Part shown: positions 63,838-64,000 of the stretch, piece by piece
Position numbering within the stretch: position 1 is the stretch's first letter
Layout of the letters: each line of letters begins with the position of its first letter
Source of the DNA: Gnetum montanum
Taxonomy: Eukaryota; Plantae; Gnetophyta
Reading direction: 5' to 3'
NCBI GenBank assembly: GCA_015680685.1
Contig: MNCI01002249.1
Location: forward strand, 782,424 to 846,423
Length of the DNA stretch: 64,000 nucleotides
Made by a program: the position numbers and the translations under genes
The notes under the pieces: model-generated
The model's database searches: none
What the model saw: the letters and a program-made list of their open reading frames with translations, nothing else
Told to the model about the DNA's origin: nothing

Positions 63838-64000
63838 GTATGGCCATGTGCTGAGAAAACCATGTTATGAATGTGAAGTTAAATCTTGTGGCTCTATTAT
63901 TTATTTGGTAAATATGGTCTTTTTGTAAGGGATGACCTAGTGCTAGTTATTGGGTTCTTTCTAGATGGTTCTGTATCTGTTTTTAATGTAAAAGTGATTC

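Overview
Land-plant nuclear genomic DNA (AT-rich, spliceosomal introns, draft assembly with N gaps). The window is dominated by the 3' ~1,500 codons of an ECM29 proteasome adaptor/scaffold gene on the minus strand. I traced 26 exons with continuous reading phase between 61353 and the stop at 7535; the 5' exons lie beyond 64000. One intron is GC-AG. Four large introns (about 4.6, 12.2, 10.5 and 12.9 kb) are filled with nested retroelements: RTE LINEs, a Ty1/copia remnant, Au-like and other tRNA-derived SINEs, a solo LTR and four decayed, mutually divergent copies of an L1-clade LINE lineage. Two things stand out. (1) These L1 elements continue past the usual EN-RT-zf-RVT ORF2 into a conserved ~400-codon extension: a domain resembling ATHILA-ORF1/plant-transposon accessory proteins, a coiled coil, and a DnaJ J-domain (HPD, HPN and HLD in three copies). 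This suggests a LINE that carries its own Hsp70 co-chaperone module. (2) A 793-bp solo LTR at 55373-56165 contains five hairpins whose stems differ in sequence but stay paired, carrying ten copies of one asymmetric internal loop (CGA opposite GWA(U)CGGC). This looks like a repeated structured-RNA protein-binding array. All calls come from reading and hand-translating the sequence; no database searches were run.
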